Counted from the stretch's first letter, positions 30,117 through 40,292 are shown. The stretch is 64,000 bases of DNA from Candidatus Latescibacterota bacterium (GCA_965219995.1 CBDCOX010000002.1:2400001-2464000), one strand, 5' to 3'. Notes: generated by a model from the sequence alone, not told the origin. Numbers and translations are program-made.

Positions 30117-30186
30117 AAAAAAGACAACCGTTTAATTGGCCACAAAAAGCACAAAAGGCACAGCACGTATCGGTGCGAAACGGCGT
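30117..30186 (+). repeat. REP-like dispersed repeat (CACAAAAAG/CACAAAAGG 9-mers)
   Basis: AAAAAGACAACCGT..CCACAAAAAGCACAAAAGGCACAG matches the reverse complement of 63516-63560; its 3' part GTATCGGTGCGAAACGGCGT matches the reverse complement of 63315-63334. Confidence 0.8.
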
Positions 30187-30277
30187 AATGAGGTCGCTCA
30201 AATGGTCTTTTTCTCCGTTCGCGTCCCCCTGCATTAAACTCGCCGGAACGCCGACGTCAAATCGCCTCTGCCGGGAA

Positions 30278-32305
30278 TCAATACCACTTGTGGACGACGT
30301 GCCCGCGTTCCGGGAACCAGATCGCGTCGACCGCCATCCCCGCCGTCACCGCGATGACGTACCCGATCAGCATCCCCAGAAAAAAGGGCATCGACCGCCG
30401 GTAGAAGGCCACCCCGCCTGTCTTCAGCATGATCAGCTTCGCCAGCCACGCCACCAGGAGTGTGGACCCCATGCGGCGCGCCGCCGGGATGCCGGACAGC
30501 GCGAATCCGATCGGGTGCAACGGCCACCTGGCGAAACGGTAGCGCATCAGATTCACGATGACCATCGTCCCGGCGCCAATGAGGAGAAACCAGGTATCGA
30601 TTGCCTGCATCTTCGCCGGGTTCAATATCTCGTTCACGGTCATCCCGTACTGCCACTCGCCTTCGTGGATGATCAGCCAGTTGGGCCGGAAATTGTACGC
30701 ACCCATGCGGTATCCCAGCCAGATCGTGTACAGGGTCGAACTGACCACCCCCGAGACAAATGCCCCGAATACGCCCCAGAAGAGTCGCCGCTTGTCCCTT
30801 CCGACGAAATCTCCCAGGCGGTTGATCTGCGCGACCAGAGGCATGATGAAGCTCCTTGGATGGCTGACCGTGAATGACAACAGGCCGAAGGTCGCCCGCG
30901 TGGACGCATTCAGATTTCCTGTGCCGCCGACGAGCGCGCCCGACAGTTCCCACGCGGACGCGGGCGGCTGGATATAGATGATTCCCGAATCGGCCACGAC
31001 CCTGGCCACGAAGAGATAGGCGATGAACATCGTTGGAATCAGCAGGGCGATCATCCCGGCCTCCACCCCCAATCGACCCAGAAATGCCGCGATGTAAACG
31101 CAGCTGGCCAGAAGACCGATCAGCGCTGCTCTATAGGAGAGCAACTCTCGACCGGCGCGGGGCGAAGACCCGGTCGCATGAAGCGCACTCCGGACCGCGA
31201 CGCGCAGGTGGCGCCGGGCGATCCAGATCCACCAGAAAACCAGCGACACGAACGCTCCTGCCGCCTGCCACTTGTAGGTCGTGGTGGTATAGGGCCCTGC
31301 GCCGTAGTGCGGCGACGTGGCGACGATCCCCAACCGGTTCAACGCGCCCGCTTCGATCATGTACACGAAGTCGAAGAACCAGATGCTGAAGAGCACGTCG
31401 AGGCTCGCGAAATAGGAAAAGCAGATAACGGGCGTGCTCAGGAAGATGAAAAAGGGAGGGTACTCTTTGGGAAGCAGGTCCCAGATAAAACGGCCGGTCG
31501 CCGTGGGGAAACTGGGAACCATCGGGTAGAACCACGCGATCATGTTCCACCAGAAGACGATTGACGTCAGGGCGAATCCCGCCCAGAACACCTTGCCCTT
31601 CATGAAATCGGGCAGCCAGCGCCTCCCGGACCCGGCGCGCGAGGTCATCTCGAGAACCGGCGCCAGCGCCGGATACATCAGCTTCTCATGGTCCGCCCAC
31701 TGCCGGTGCAGCAGAACCGAAATGCAGATGCACGCGAAGCCCAGCACAAAAACAAAAAGGAGCCACCAGACCAGAGGAAGACTCCAGACATCCCACGGAA
31801 CCGATACCAGGCCCGGCAGCCCCTCATAAAACCAGGACATCGCCCCGCTATCGTTCGAGGGAATCAGCCAGCCCGGCAGCTGCGGATGGAGATACTCCGC
31901 CCACCGGTTCTCCGGCGTCGCGAAATAATACGGGGACGCCATCATCCCCACCAGGTACCCGCTGACGCCGTAATTGGGACCGATGGCGCTGATCATGCCC
32001 ATGCTGAAGACAGTGATCCATTCCGACGGCGACAGCACGAAGGCGCGCCCGAACCGCCGGGCAAGCACGGCGCAGGCCAGAATCGACAGGAGGCACAGGA
32101 TCAGCACGCCCATCGGAACCTGGGCGACCATCATGTACGACCCCTTCTGGATGTACCGGGCCGTACAGGCCAGCAGGCTCATGGCCGTCGCGATGCAAAG
32201 ACCGATCACGATCGACCGAAGCGTCACCCGCGCTTCCGGCTGTGTACCGTCGTTCACGATTCGCCGATCATTAACATCTTTCGCAGGTTGCCGGGTTCCC
32301 GTCAC
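30278..32305 (-). CDS. DUF6785/DUF6784 polytopic membrane protein (putative transporter), copy A
   Basis: PYYFATPENRW, LPGWLIP, RQWADHEKLMYP, WPLHPIGF, PFFLGMLIG; many TM segments. Confidence 0.85.
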   Translation of the reverse strand: MTGTRQPAKDVNDRRIVNDGTQPEARVTLRSIVIGLCIATAMSLLACTARYIQKGSYMMVAQVPMGVLILCLLSILACAVLARRFGRAFVLSPSEWITVFSMGMISAIGPNYGVSGYLVGMMASPYYFATPENRWAEYLHPQLPGWLIPSNDSGAMSWFYEGLPGLVSVPWDVWSLPLVWWLLFVFVLGFACICISVLLHRQWADHEKLMYPALAPVLEMTSRAGSGRRWLPDFMKGKVFWAGFALTSIVFWWNMIAWFYPMVPSFPTATGRFIWDLLPKEYPPFFIFLSTPVICFSYFASLDVLFSIWFFDFVYMIEAGALNRLGIVATSPHYGAGPYTTTTYKWQAAGAFVSLVFWWIWIARRHLRVAVRSALHATGSSPRAGRELLSYRAALIGLLASCVYIAAFLGRLGVEAGMIALLIPTMFIAYLFVARVVADSGIIYIQPPASAWELSGALVGGTGNLNASTRATFGLLSFTVSHPRSFIMPLVAQINRLGDFVGRDKRRLFWGVFGAFVSGVVSSTLYTIWLGYRMGAYNFRPNWLIIHEGEWQYGMTVNEILNPAKMQAIDTWFLLIGAGTMVIVNLMRYRFARWPLHPIGFALSGIPAARRMGSTLLVAWLAKLIMLKTGGVAFYRRSMPFFLGMLIGYVIAVTAGMAVDAIWFPERGHVVHKWY

Positions 32306-33636
32306 TCGCCGGTCGACGGCGCGAACGGATTCATCCAGACAACGGCCCTGGTCCCCCAGTCGGTGGACATGATATCGTCGTAACCGTCACCGTCAAGGTC
32401 CGCAAGACGGACGATGTTCGGCCAGTTGAGTCCCGCGCCGTCGCCAAGGCGGGTGGCCTCCCAGAAGGTCCCGTCGCCCCTCACGTTCCTGAACACGAAG
32501 ACCCCGTCTCCGCCATCGGAGGGCACGACGATATCCGGGCGCCCATCCCGGTCCACGTCGCCAACGTCGAAGGAGTAGGCGTGCCCCAGCCCGCCCGCGA
32601 TCTCGTGGAATCTCCATTCGCTCCCGGGACCCACGCGCTCCCGCCAGGCCAGGTACCCGTTTCTGAGACTGGTCTCCACACAGTCAAGATCGCCATCCGC
32701 GTCGAGGTCCGCGAATCGCGCATGGACCTGGGAGACGGGCCTGTCGGAAAAGCGACCGACCCATCGGCGCACGGAATCGGCGGATGCCGCATGGATGGAA
32801 TCCCGCTTCCATTCCGTCCCTTTTCCGTCGGAATTAATCAGCAGAAACGGCATGGACGCATGCTCAGAAGCGCAGACGAGATCCATATCTCCGTCCCGGT
32901 CGACGTCCCCCGCGTCCACGCCGATCAGGGGAGGCAGATCGACAGGGATCGCCACTTCCTTCCAGGGCGTCGATCGCTGTGGGTCTTGACGATACCAGCC
33001 CACGTTGTTCCCTGACTCCGAAATCGAGGTGACCACGATATCGTCGAGTCTGTCGCCGTCGACGTCCGCGACCACGGCCCTCACCGGAAGCTCGAGGACC
33101 TTCGACCGGAGGCGGGTCTTTCTCCAGTTTCCGCCGTCCGAAGTCTCGTAGATGACCGTCTCTCCCGACAGATAGCAGGGGATTACGACGGCCGCTCTTC
33201 CACCCGCCGTGCGACGGACGACAACGGCGTCCTTTGGCGTGACCTGCCGGTCGTCGAGCAGATGGATACGAAACGCCAATCCTGATTCCGGCCGGGGAAC
33301 CACGTTCTCCAGCCAGTAGACCATGCCGTATTCGCGATCCTCGCCAGGGACCTTTTCTCCGCCTGACTGAAACGCCACGACGAGGTCCAGGTCGGCATCC
33401 CCGTCGAAGTCGGCCGCGTGGATGCCGTAGGAATTGGTCCCGTCAAGCGATGCGCCATCCCCGTCTCCCAGGTCGACGACCCGCCACCTCGCGGCCGCAT
33501 CGGCGTCCATTCCCAGGACATTGGGACTGAGGGCCAGGATTTCGGGGGAAACCTGGGCGGCGGCTGGTGCGGCGGCGAGCGCCACTGCCGCGACCGTGCC
33601 CGCGAGAAACGCCCGGAAATCGAAGTTCGGCATCAC
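32302..33636 (-). CDS. Secreted FG-GAP/VCBS-repeat beta-propeller protein
   Basis: Signal peptide; six DxDGDxxxD-type repeats (ADFDGDADLD, ADVDGDRLDD, GDVDRDGDMD...). Confidence 0.88.
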   Translation of the reverse strand: MMPNFDFRAFLAGTVAAVALAAAPAAAQVSPEILALSPNVLGMDADAAARWRVVDLGDGDGASLDGTNSYGIHAADFDGDADLDLVVAFQSGGEKVPGEDREYGMVYWLENVVPRPESGLAFRIHLLDDRQVTPKDAVVVRRTAGGRAAVVIPCYLSGETVIYETSDGGNWRKTRLRSKVLELPVRAVVADVDGDRLDDIVVTSISESGNNVGWYRQDPQRSTPWKEVAIPVDLPPLIGVDAGDVDRDGDMDLVCASEHASMPFLLINSDGKGTEWKRDSIHAASADSVRRWVGRFSDRPVSQVHARFADLDADGDLDCVETSLRNGYLAWRERVGPGSEWRFHEIAGGLGHAYSFDVGDVDRDGRPDIVVPSDGGDGVFVFRNVRGDGTFWEATRLGDGAGLNWPNIVRLADLDGDGYDDIMSTDWGTRAVVWMNPFAPSTGE

Positions 33637-34853
33637 GGCCTCCCGGGCATCTTCGTCACGTGGATACGGCCGCCGATCCCGCCCAGGTCTGCCGGCATCT
33701 GACCGGAAGGCCGGTCCGCACCCGGCCGGAAGTCCGGAACCCTCACAACCCGGCTGCCTTCCTCGATCGAATCCACGGCCAGCACCGCCGGCGCCATCGA
33801 ATCCATCACCCGGTACACGTCGTAGGTCAGCTCCTCGCCCTTCAGGATCGCGTCACGGAAATACATATGGACATAATAGTCCGCATCGCCGTGTCCGCTC
33901 CCCCGCGCCTCCGGCGGCGCGTCCGTCCGACGGTACTGCCAGTCGACGTCCGTCCAGTCGTTCATCTGCGTGTCCGCCAGCCACAGCTTCGGCTTCTCTT
34001 TTCCGGACCGCCGCCACTCCACGCTTCCCTTCGTCCCGATCATCTGCCACCAGTGGTGGTCTCCGTGCGGCCTGGGCTGATTGAACCCGTTCAGCATCCG
34101 GATCAGCGTATCCTTTTCCGTTTTCATCAGGGCCACCTGGATATCGGCGTTGAGCATCTCCGGCGTCGTATAACTCGGCGGTTTGGTACTCATGCCCGTG
34201 ACTTCGATGACGCGGTCGTCCAGAATCTTCAGCAGGATACTCAGATCGTACGAGGCGGAAATGATGTACGGCAGATATTGCGGATTGGCGGGTTCGGCCT
34301 CCGGGTGGTCGGGAAGCGCCTCGACGGGGTACTGCTTGCCGGTCCTGAAATCCTGAAACCACTGATGGGTGCCGTAATAGCCCAGATACTGACCCTCGGC
34401 GTAGGTGATCTTTCCCAGCATCCCGTCGTCCACCAGCTTCTTCCATCCGTCCACGAACCCCCAGAACCGTGTCTGCTCAGCAAGGCTGTAGACCAGTCCG
34501 GTCCGTTCCACGTTGGTGACGATGCGCCAGCACTCCTCCATCGTATGGGCCCCGGGCACCTCGCAGTTGACGTGCTTCCCTGCCTCCATGGCCTCTGCGG
34601 CCATGGTCCCCTGCTCCATCTGCCTGACCACGAGCCCCACCGCGTCCATCCCGTCGTACGACAGGAAATCGTAATAGTTGTCGAATACACGTACGTCGTT
34701 CCGATAGGCAATCTCCGCGAGCGCCCGCTCCTGCAGCGGCTCGATCCAGTCGTAGATCGCCGTAATCCGGTAACCCGGCACCTTCTGCAGCAACCGGATC
34801 CAGTGCAGCCCGCGGTGACCCAGTCCTGCGACGCCGATTCTGATCTCATCCAT
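33633..34853 (-). CDS. Gfo/Idh/MocA-family protein, GH109-like (EVP type), copy A
   Basis: GLGHRG, GKHVNCEVPGA, YAEGQY, SGHGDADY. Confidence 0.85.
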   Translation of the reverse strand: MDEIRIGVAGLGHRGLHWIRLLQKVPGYRITAIYDWIEPLQERALAEIAYRNDVRVFDNYYDFLSYDGMDAVGLVVRQMEQGTMAAEAMEAGKHVNCEVPGAHTMEECWRIVTNVERTGLVYSLAEQTRFWGFVDGWKKLVDDGMLGKITYAEGQYLGYYGTHQWFQDFRTGKQYPVEALPDHPEAEPANPQYLPYIISASYDLSILLKILDDRVIEVTGMSTKPPSYTTPEMLNADIQVALMKTEKDTLIRMLNGFNQPRPHGDHHWWQMIGTKGSVEWRRSGKEKPKLWLADTQMNDWTDVDWQYRRTDAPPEARGSGHGDADYYVHMYFRDAILKGEELTYDVYRVMDSMAPAVLAVDSIEEGSRVVRVPDFRPGADRPSGQMPADLGGIGGRIHVTKMPGRP

Positions 34854-34929
34854 GAATTCCTCCGTACAGGAAAATTGGAACTGTTTGACCCTTCACGAAT
34901 AAAACAAGGGAATTGGTCGCCATCCACAT

Positions 34930-34958
34930 TTGACGCCGCCGGGAACGCGGTTTACAAT
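34930..34958 (+). promoter_or_regulatory. Putative sigma70 promoter (TTGACG-N17-TACAAT)
   Basis: Near-consensus hexamers about 105 nt upstream of 35064, followed by the CAATT..AATTG palindrome. Confidence 0.7.
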
Positions 34959-35063
34959 CCAATTATACTGAATTGACCGGGATGGCAAATTGGAAATCTT
35001 CGAGCGCGTGCGAATTTTTCCAGCATATTTCGCCGGCAACTTCCAGGATGACGAGGGCACGCT

Positions 35064-35990
35064 ATGTATAGACGTATTCGCAGTGTCTCTGCGTTACTGC
35101 TTTTCATAAGCCTGGCGTGGCGTTGCAGCGGTGATCGTGCGATGACGTCAGGAAGTACGGATACCCCAGAGCCAAGTGCTCGACAGGCGGACGGACAGAT
35201 TGGAGGTCCGTTGAGCAAAACAGCCGCGGACCACGACTCGGGTGAGGCTGTGGTTGCCGTGAACGAGAACCTCGCACGGGCCGTGGTGGTTGCCGTATTG
35301 CGGCAAGGCCAGGTGCCGCTCGCCGACGTCACCGTGGCGTTCTCGCGTTCCATATCGGGACGGGCTGCCAATTTCGAGTGGTCGGGCACGACCGACGAAC
35401 GCGGTGAGGCCCGCGTGGAGATTCGCGCGGACGACGTGAGCGGATACTACCGCGCGCGCGCCCGGCGGAACGAGCGTCTGCTGGGTTCCTGGTCGAGCAT
35501 TCCAATTAACGGTGGAGATGAAGTGACGGTCGAATTGCCCGTCGGCGAAAAGGCAAGCGTGACCGCTTCCAGGCCGGATGACGACGACGCGCCTGAGGAA
35601 CTGAAACGTCGGGGCGACACGGTCATCATCGACGAGGCAACGGACACGACGGACCGGTGGGGCAAGGACGCGTTTGAGTTGAACTCCGCCGCGATTGCGG
35701 GCGACACACTTGCCGTCAATGTGTCGTTCAGCGGCGGATGCAGAAAACACGAATTCACGTTGGTCGCATCCGGCGCATTCATGGAGTCGGATCCGGTGCA
35801 GCTCAACGTGACGCTCGCCCACAATGCAAACGGCGACTCGTGCGAAAGGTGGGTCACCGAAGGCTATCTCTTCAGCCTGGCGCCAATCAAAGCGCTTTAC
35901 CAGAAAGCGTATCAGCAGGATTCAGGAGTTATTGTCCTGCAGCTCAAAGATGCGCCGGCCGACGCGCTCGTCTATGAATTCGCCCGATAG
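35064..35990 (+). CDS. Putative lipoprotein: Ig-like N-domain plus NigD-C-like C-terminal domain
   Basis: Signal ending LAWRC; C-terminal GDTLAVNVSFSGGC..HEFTL..FMESDPVQL..L.HNANGDSCE pattern. Confidence 0.7.
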   Translation: MYRRIRSVSALLLFISLAWRCSGDRAMTSGSTDTPEPSARQADGQIGGPLSKTAADHDSGEAVVAVNENLARAVVVAVLRQGQVPLADVTVAFSRSISGRAANFEWSGTTDERGEARVEIRADDVSGYYRARARRNERLLGSWSSIPINGGDEVTVELPVGEKASVTASRPDDDDAPEELKRRGDTVIIDEATDTTDRWGKDAFELNSAAIAGDTLAVNVSFSGGCRKHEFTLVASGAFMESDPVQLNVTLAHNANGDSCERWVTEGYLFSLAPIKALYQKAYQQDSGVIVLQLKDAPADALVYEFAR

Positions 35991-36001
35991 TCTCCCATCT
36001 G

Positions 36002-36919
36002 TCACACCGGATGGCGCTCGCAGCCCAGGGCCTGCGCGATGGCCCGGATGTGAGACGGACCCGCGCCGCAGCACGCCCCGATGAAGTTGATTCCCTCGGC
36101 CTTCGCCTTCAACGCGTATTGGGCCATTTCGCTGCCCGATACGATCATCGACTCCCGGATCACCGAATTGTTGGGACCCGCGTTGCGATAGCCCTGCGGC
36201 TGATAGGCGATGGGGATATCCACCGCCTCCCGCATCGCCAGGACCCCCGGCCACATGGTCATCGAGTCGCCGGAGCAGACCAGGCCCACGATATCCGCGC
36301 CTTCGTCCGCCAGGACCTTCGCGCACTCCGCGGGCGTGGCGCCGTCATGCGTCCGGCTGCTCGAGCCCATCAGAACCATCGCGGGAACGTCGGTTTTCTT
36401 GCAGCGAGACAGGCAGAGCCGGGCCTCGTCGAGGCGGGCGAACGTTTCCGGTATCAGAAGCCCGGCGCCCGCGTCCACCATCCAGGAAATGTGTTCGTCC
36501 CACTCCGCGCACGCCCGCTCGCGCGCCTGCGCATTGTCGGGCTGATAGATATACGGACCCGTCCACGAGCCCGCGGCCGTCTGGTTCAGGCACCCGGCGA
36601 CCAGGGCTTCGTCGCCGGAAGCCTCCCTGGCCAAACGGATCGCCGTGCGGGAAATCTCCTCGAGCCGGGCCGCCTCCCCGCCGACCCCGTCACCCGATAT
36701 GTCGCGGCGTTCCAGTTGCGACCGGCTGGTCCACCAGGTCTGCGCCTGGAGCACGTGGGAACCGGCCCTGTAGAAATCCTGATGGATCTGACGCAGCGCG
36801 TCCGGATCTTCCAGGATCATCGCGGGCGTATCGTACCCCCGCCACCTAGCCTCGATGATCATCCCCCCATCGCTCAGAACAACGCCCTCGTCCAGCATCT
36901 TCAGTATGTCCATGCCCAT
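36002..36919 (-). CDS. Homocysteine S-methyltransferase (BHMT/MmuM-like), Zn-cysteines intact
   Basis: LSDGGM, HQDFYRAGS, ETF, VGLVC, IGACCG. Confidence 0.9.
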   Translation of the reverse strand: MGMDILKMLDEGVVLSDGGMIIEARWRGYDTPAMILEDPDALRQIHQDFYRAGSHVLQAQTWWTSRSQLERRDISGDGVGGEAARLEEISRTAIRLAREASGDEALVAGCLNQTAAGSWTGPYIYQPDNAQARERACAEWDEHISWMVDAGAGLLIPETFARLDEARLCLSRCKKTDVPAMVLMGSSSRTHDGATPAECAKVLADEGADIVGLVCSGDSMTMWPGVLAMREAVDIPIAYQPQGYRNAGPNNSVIRESMIVSGSEMAQYALKAKAEGINFIGACCGAGPSHIRAIAQALGCERHPV

Positions 36920-37000
36920 CGTGGTTCTCCTCTGCAAGAGTCATCCCAATCCCGGTCGCCGGAGCGGCGGATACCGTCGGCGACCTTCCCTCATCGCTCC

Positions 37001-37936
37001 CTATCGCGGCCGGAGTTCGATGTGCTTCCGCTCGCAGTCCAATGCCTGGGCAACCGAACGAAGGAGTCGTACGACCACCCCGTCCGACCCGCCCAGAAAT
37101 CGGATATCGTGCGCAATCGCCTTCAACGCGTACTGTCCCAGCTCCATCCCGTAGACGTGCATGCCCTCCCGCATGTGCTTCCAGTGCGGCCGGCACGTCC
37201 GGTACCCGTTCGGCAGGAAGGCAATCGGCACGTCCACGGCCTCCCGCATTTCCAGCACCACCGGCCACAGGTCCTCCGGTTCCCGAATCCCGCCGCCGCC
37301 CAGGACGTCGGACCCGTCGCCGGCCAGAACACGCGCGCATTCGGCGGGCGCGACGCCGTCGGCTGTTACTTCGTCGTCTCCAAGGAGCGGATTGTTCAAT
37401 CGGCCGTCCGGCAACGCGACGTCCATGGAAACCACGACCGGAAGCGCTGTCTTCCTGCAGCAGGCCAGCGCCAGGCGCGCCTCGTCCAGCCGACCGAAGG
37501 ACTCGCAGACGAGGAGATCCACGCCCGCGTCTGCCAATATCTCCACCTGCTCCTCCCACTCCGCCACGGCGCGGCCCGCCGATCCGGCATCGCCGGCCTG
37601 AAAGGCGTCCGTTGGTAACAACGTACCCGCGACCAGCGCCTCCGGTCCGGCCGCGCGTTTCGCCAGGGCCACGGCCCGCCGGTTCAATGCGTCGACCGGG
37701 TCGCCCCCGCCCCCTGTCCCACGTTCGCCAACGCCGGTTCGCGTACACCGGCCCGTGAGGGCTCTGATCACACCGGCGCCGGCCCGGAAGAAATCCTGGT
37801 GGACCAGCCGCACCGCGTCCGGGAAGTCCTCGAGCACCCACGGCGCCGTGTACCCCCGCAGCCTCAGCTCCTCCTCGTTTCCACCGTCGGCCAGCACAAA
37901 CCCATCCTTAAGAGCACCTAAGACAGACTCAGCCAT
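37001..37936 (-). CDS. Homocysteine S-methyltransferase-fold protein lacking the Zn-ligand cysteines
   Basis: LADGG, HQDFFRAGA, ESF, MREAVDVPIA, QYALKA shared with the neighbour, but LGGGG and LGGSDG replace the Cys motifs. Confidence 0.85.
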   Translation of the reverse strand: MAESVLGALKDGFVLADGGNEEELRLRGYTAPWVLEDFPDAVRLVHQDFFRAGAGVIRALTGRCTRTGVGERGTGGGGDPVDALNRRAVALAKRAAGPEALVAGTLLPTDAFQAGDAGSAGRAVAEWEEQVEILADAGVDLLVCESFGRLDEARLALACCRKTALPVVVSMDVALPDGRLNNPLLGDDEVTADGVAPAECARVLAGDGSDVLGGGGIREPEDLWPVVLEMREAVDVPIAFLPNGYRTCRPHWKHMREGMHVYGMELGQYALKAIAHDIRFLGGSDGVVVRLLRSVAQALDCERKHIELRPR

Positions 37937-37973
37937 AAAACCGCTCCTCTCCTATAATCGTCTCACGTCTAAC

Positions 37974-38274
37974 ATCGGTGAGAGGTAAGACGGGAGACGG
38001 TAGATGACATCTTTGCCCGATTGGATTTTCCTTTATGCCTCCGGCAAGAAATGAAACCGCACCAGGCAATCACATCCTCTACCGTCTCACCTCTACCCTC
38101 TCCCCGCCCTTGAGGGGCCGGGGGGAGAGGTCGCCAAAAATCGGTGAGAGGTAAGAGGGTAGACGGTAGATGACATCCTTGCCCGTTCGGTTCTTCCTTG
38201 ATGCCTCCGGCAAGAAATGCAACCGCACCTGGCAGTCACATCCTCTCCCGTCTAACGTCTTACGTCTTCCCGCC
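37974..38274. repeat. Two 135-bp direct repeats (37974-38108, 38140-38274), each with inverted heptamer-periodic arms
   Basis: ATCGGTGAGAGGTAAGA...GACGGTAGATGACATC...ATGCCTCCGGCAAGAAATG...TCACATCCTCT.CCGTCT...CCCGCC repeated at period 166. Confidence 0.92.
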
Positions 38275-40277
38275 TAATGCCAGCTGTGAACCCTGTGCCC
38301 CGAATGCGGGAACCAGATGGCGTCCACGACCGTGCCCGCGATCACCGCGACGATATATGCCGTGAGGATCCCGATGAAAAAGGGCAGCGACCGCCGGTAG
38401 AATGCCGTGCCGCCGATCCTCAGCATTAGGAACTTGATCAGCCACGCGACCAGTAGCGTGAGGCTTTCCAGCCTGGCGAATATCGTTCCCGACAGCGCGA
38501 ACCCGATCGGATGCAGCCGCCATCGGGGCAGCCGGTACCGCATCAGGTTCAGGGCCGTCATCACAACCACGCCCGCCAGGAACAGCCAGTATTCCACGGC
38601 CAGGATGGGCCTGGGGTTGCGCAGGGCATCCACGGCCAGGCCGTAGTGCCATTCACCCTCGTGAAGGATCAGCCAGTTCGGCTGGAAATTGTATCCCCCC
38701 ATGGTGTAGGCCATCCAGACCGTTTGGAGCGTGGAAACCACCGTGCCGACCATGAACGCCCCGAACACCCCCCAGAAAAAGCGCCGTTTGCCTTCGGGGA
38801 TGAAGTCCCCCAGCCGGTTCACCTGCGCGATCACCGGCAGCGCGAAGCTCCTGGGGTGGTTGACCGTGAACGACAGCAGGCTGGAGGCGGCGTTCGTGGA
38901 CGGGTTCAGCCTGTGCGCTCCGCCCAGCCCGAACAGCGCGTAGTCCCAGGCCACCGCCGGCGGATCCACGTAGACAAGCCCCGAGTCGGCGACCACCTTC
39001 GCCACGCCGATGTAGACGATGAACATGGCCGGCGTCAAGACCAGGATCATCGCCGGCTCGATGCCGACCTGCGCGAGCCAGGCCGCAATGTACACGAAGC
39101 AGACGACCAGCCCGATCACAGCCGCACGATAGGATATCCACTCCCTGCTGTCGTCCAGGGCGGAACCGCCGGGGCGGACCGCCTTCCGGAATACCTCCCG
39201 AAGGTGCCCCCTGGAAATCCAGAGCCACCAGATGACCAGCGCCGCGAAGGCGCCGGCCGTCTGGAACTTGTAACTCGTCAGGTTATACGGACCGGAACCG
39301 TAGTGCGGGGACGTCGCCACCACGCCCAGCCGGTTCAGAATTCCGGCTTCGATCATGTAGAGGATATCGAAGAACCAGATACTGAAGAGGACTTCCAGGT
39401 TGGCGAAATAGGAAAAGCAGATGACGAATATACTCAGATAGACGCAGAACGGGGGATACTGTTTCGGCAGGAGGTCCCACACATAGTTCATGCGGGTGTT
39501 CATCACCCGGGGAAAGGCCGGATAGAACCAGTGCACCATATTCAGCCAGAAAATCCCCGACGTCAGCCCGAAGCCCGCCCAGAAGGCCTTTCCCTTCATG
39601 AATTCCGGCAGGACCCGCTCCCCGGACCCGCTCCGGTTCGCCATTTCCAGGACGGGTGTGAGCGCGGGGTAGACCAGCTTTTCGTGGTCCGCCCACTGGC
39701 GGTGAAGAATCACCGACACGCAGACACAGGCAAACCCGAGAACGGCGATAAAGCCGAACCACCACAACAGCGGTCCCCACCAGTCGTGCCAGGGAATGGA
39801 CATCCCGGCCGGAAGGCCTTCGAAAAACATGGTGATGGACTGCCGTTCGTCCGTCGAGATCAGCCAGCCGGGAAGATGCGGGTGCAGATACTCCGACCAC
39901 CGGTTCTCGGGTGTGGCGAAGTAGTACGGCGCCACCATCTGGCTGACGAGATATCCGCTGATCCCGTACGTGGGGCCCATGGCGCTGACCAGGACCATGC
40001 CGAAAATCGTGATCCATTCCGCGGGCGCCAACACGAAACGCCGGCCGAACCATCGGGCAAACGCGGCGCAAATGAGCAACGACAGCAGAAAGAGCAGGAG
40101 GTTGCCCATGGGGATCAGGCTGATGGCCATATACGACCCGTGCTGGACGTAACGCATCGTATTGGCGAGCAGATTGACGGCTACGGACAGCCCAAGCCCG
40201 AAACCGACAGCGCGAGTCGTTACGCCCCCCCGCACCGGATACCGTTTCCGCGGTGCCGCCGTGCCGCCTTCCGCCAT
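38274..40277 (-). CDS. DUF6785/DUF6784 polytopic membrane protein, copy B
   Basis: Clear paralogue of 30278-32305 (PYYFATPENRW, HRQWADHEKLVYP, LHPIGF). Confidence 0.85.
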   Translation of the reverse strand: MAEGGTAAPRKRYPVRGGVTTRAVGFGLGLSVAVNLLANTMRYVQHGSYMAISLIPMGNLLLFLLSLLICAAFARWFGRRFVLAPAEWITIFGMVLVSAMGPTYGISGYLVSQMVAPYYFATPENRWSEYLHPHLPGWLISTDERQSITMFFEGLPAGMSIPWHDWWGPLLWWFGFIAVLGFACVCVSVILHRQWADHEKLVYPALTPVLEMANRSGSGERVLPEFMKGKAFWAGFGLTSGIFWLNMVHWFYPAFPRVMNTRMNYVWDLLPKQYPPFCVYLSIFVICFSYFANLEVLFSIWFFDILYMIEAGILNRLGVVATSPHYGSGPYNLTSYKFQTAGAFAALVIWWLWISRGHLREVFRKAVRPGGSALDDSREWISYRAAVIGLVVCFVYIAAWLAQVGIEPAMILVLTPAMFIVYIGVAKVVADSGLVYVDPPAVAWDYALFGLGGAHRLNPSTNAASSLLSFTVNHPRSFALPVIAQVNRLGDFIPEGKRRFFWGVFGAFMVGTVVSTLQTVWMAYTMGGYNFQPNWLILHEGEWHYGLAVDALRNPRPILAVEYWLFLAGVVVMTALNLMRYRLPRWRLHPIGFALSGTIFARLESLTLLVAWLIKFLMLRIGGTAFYRRSLPFFIGILTAYIVAVIAGTVVDAIWFPHSGHRVHSWH

Positions 40278-40292
40278 GGATCCCCCGTTCGT

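Noticed and set aside
37974-38274. Possible CRISPR array or DGR template/variable repeat pair
   Set aside because: Only two long units with no unique spacer series, mismatches are not adenine-specific, and no cas or reverse transcriptase gene is present
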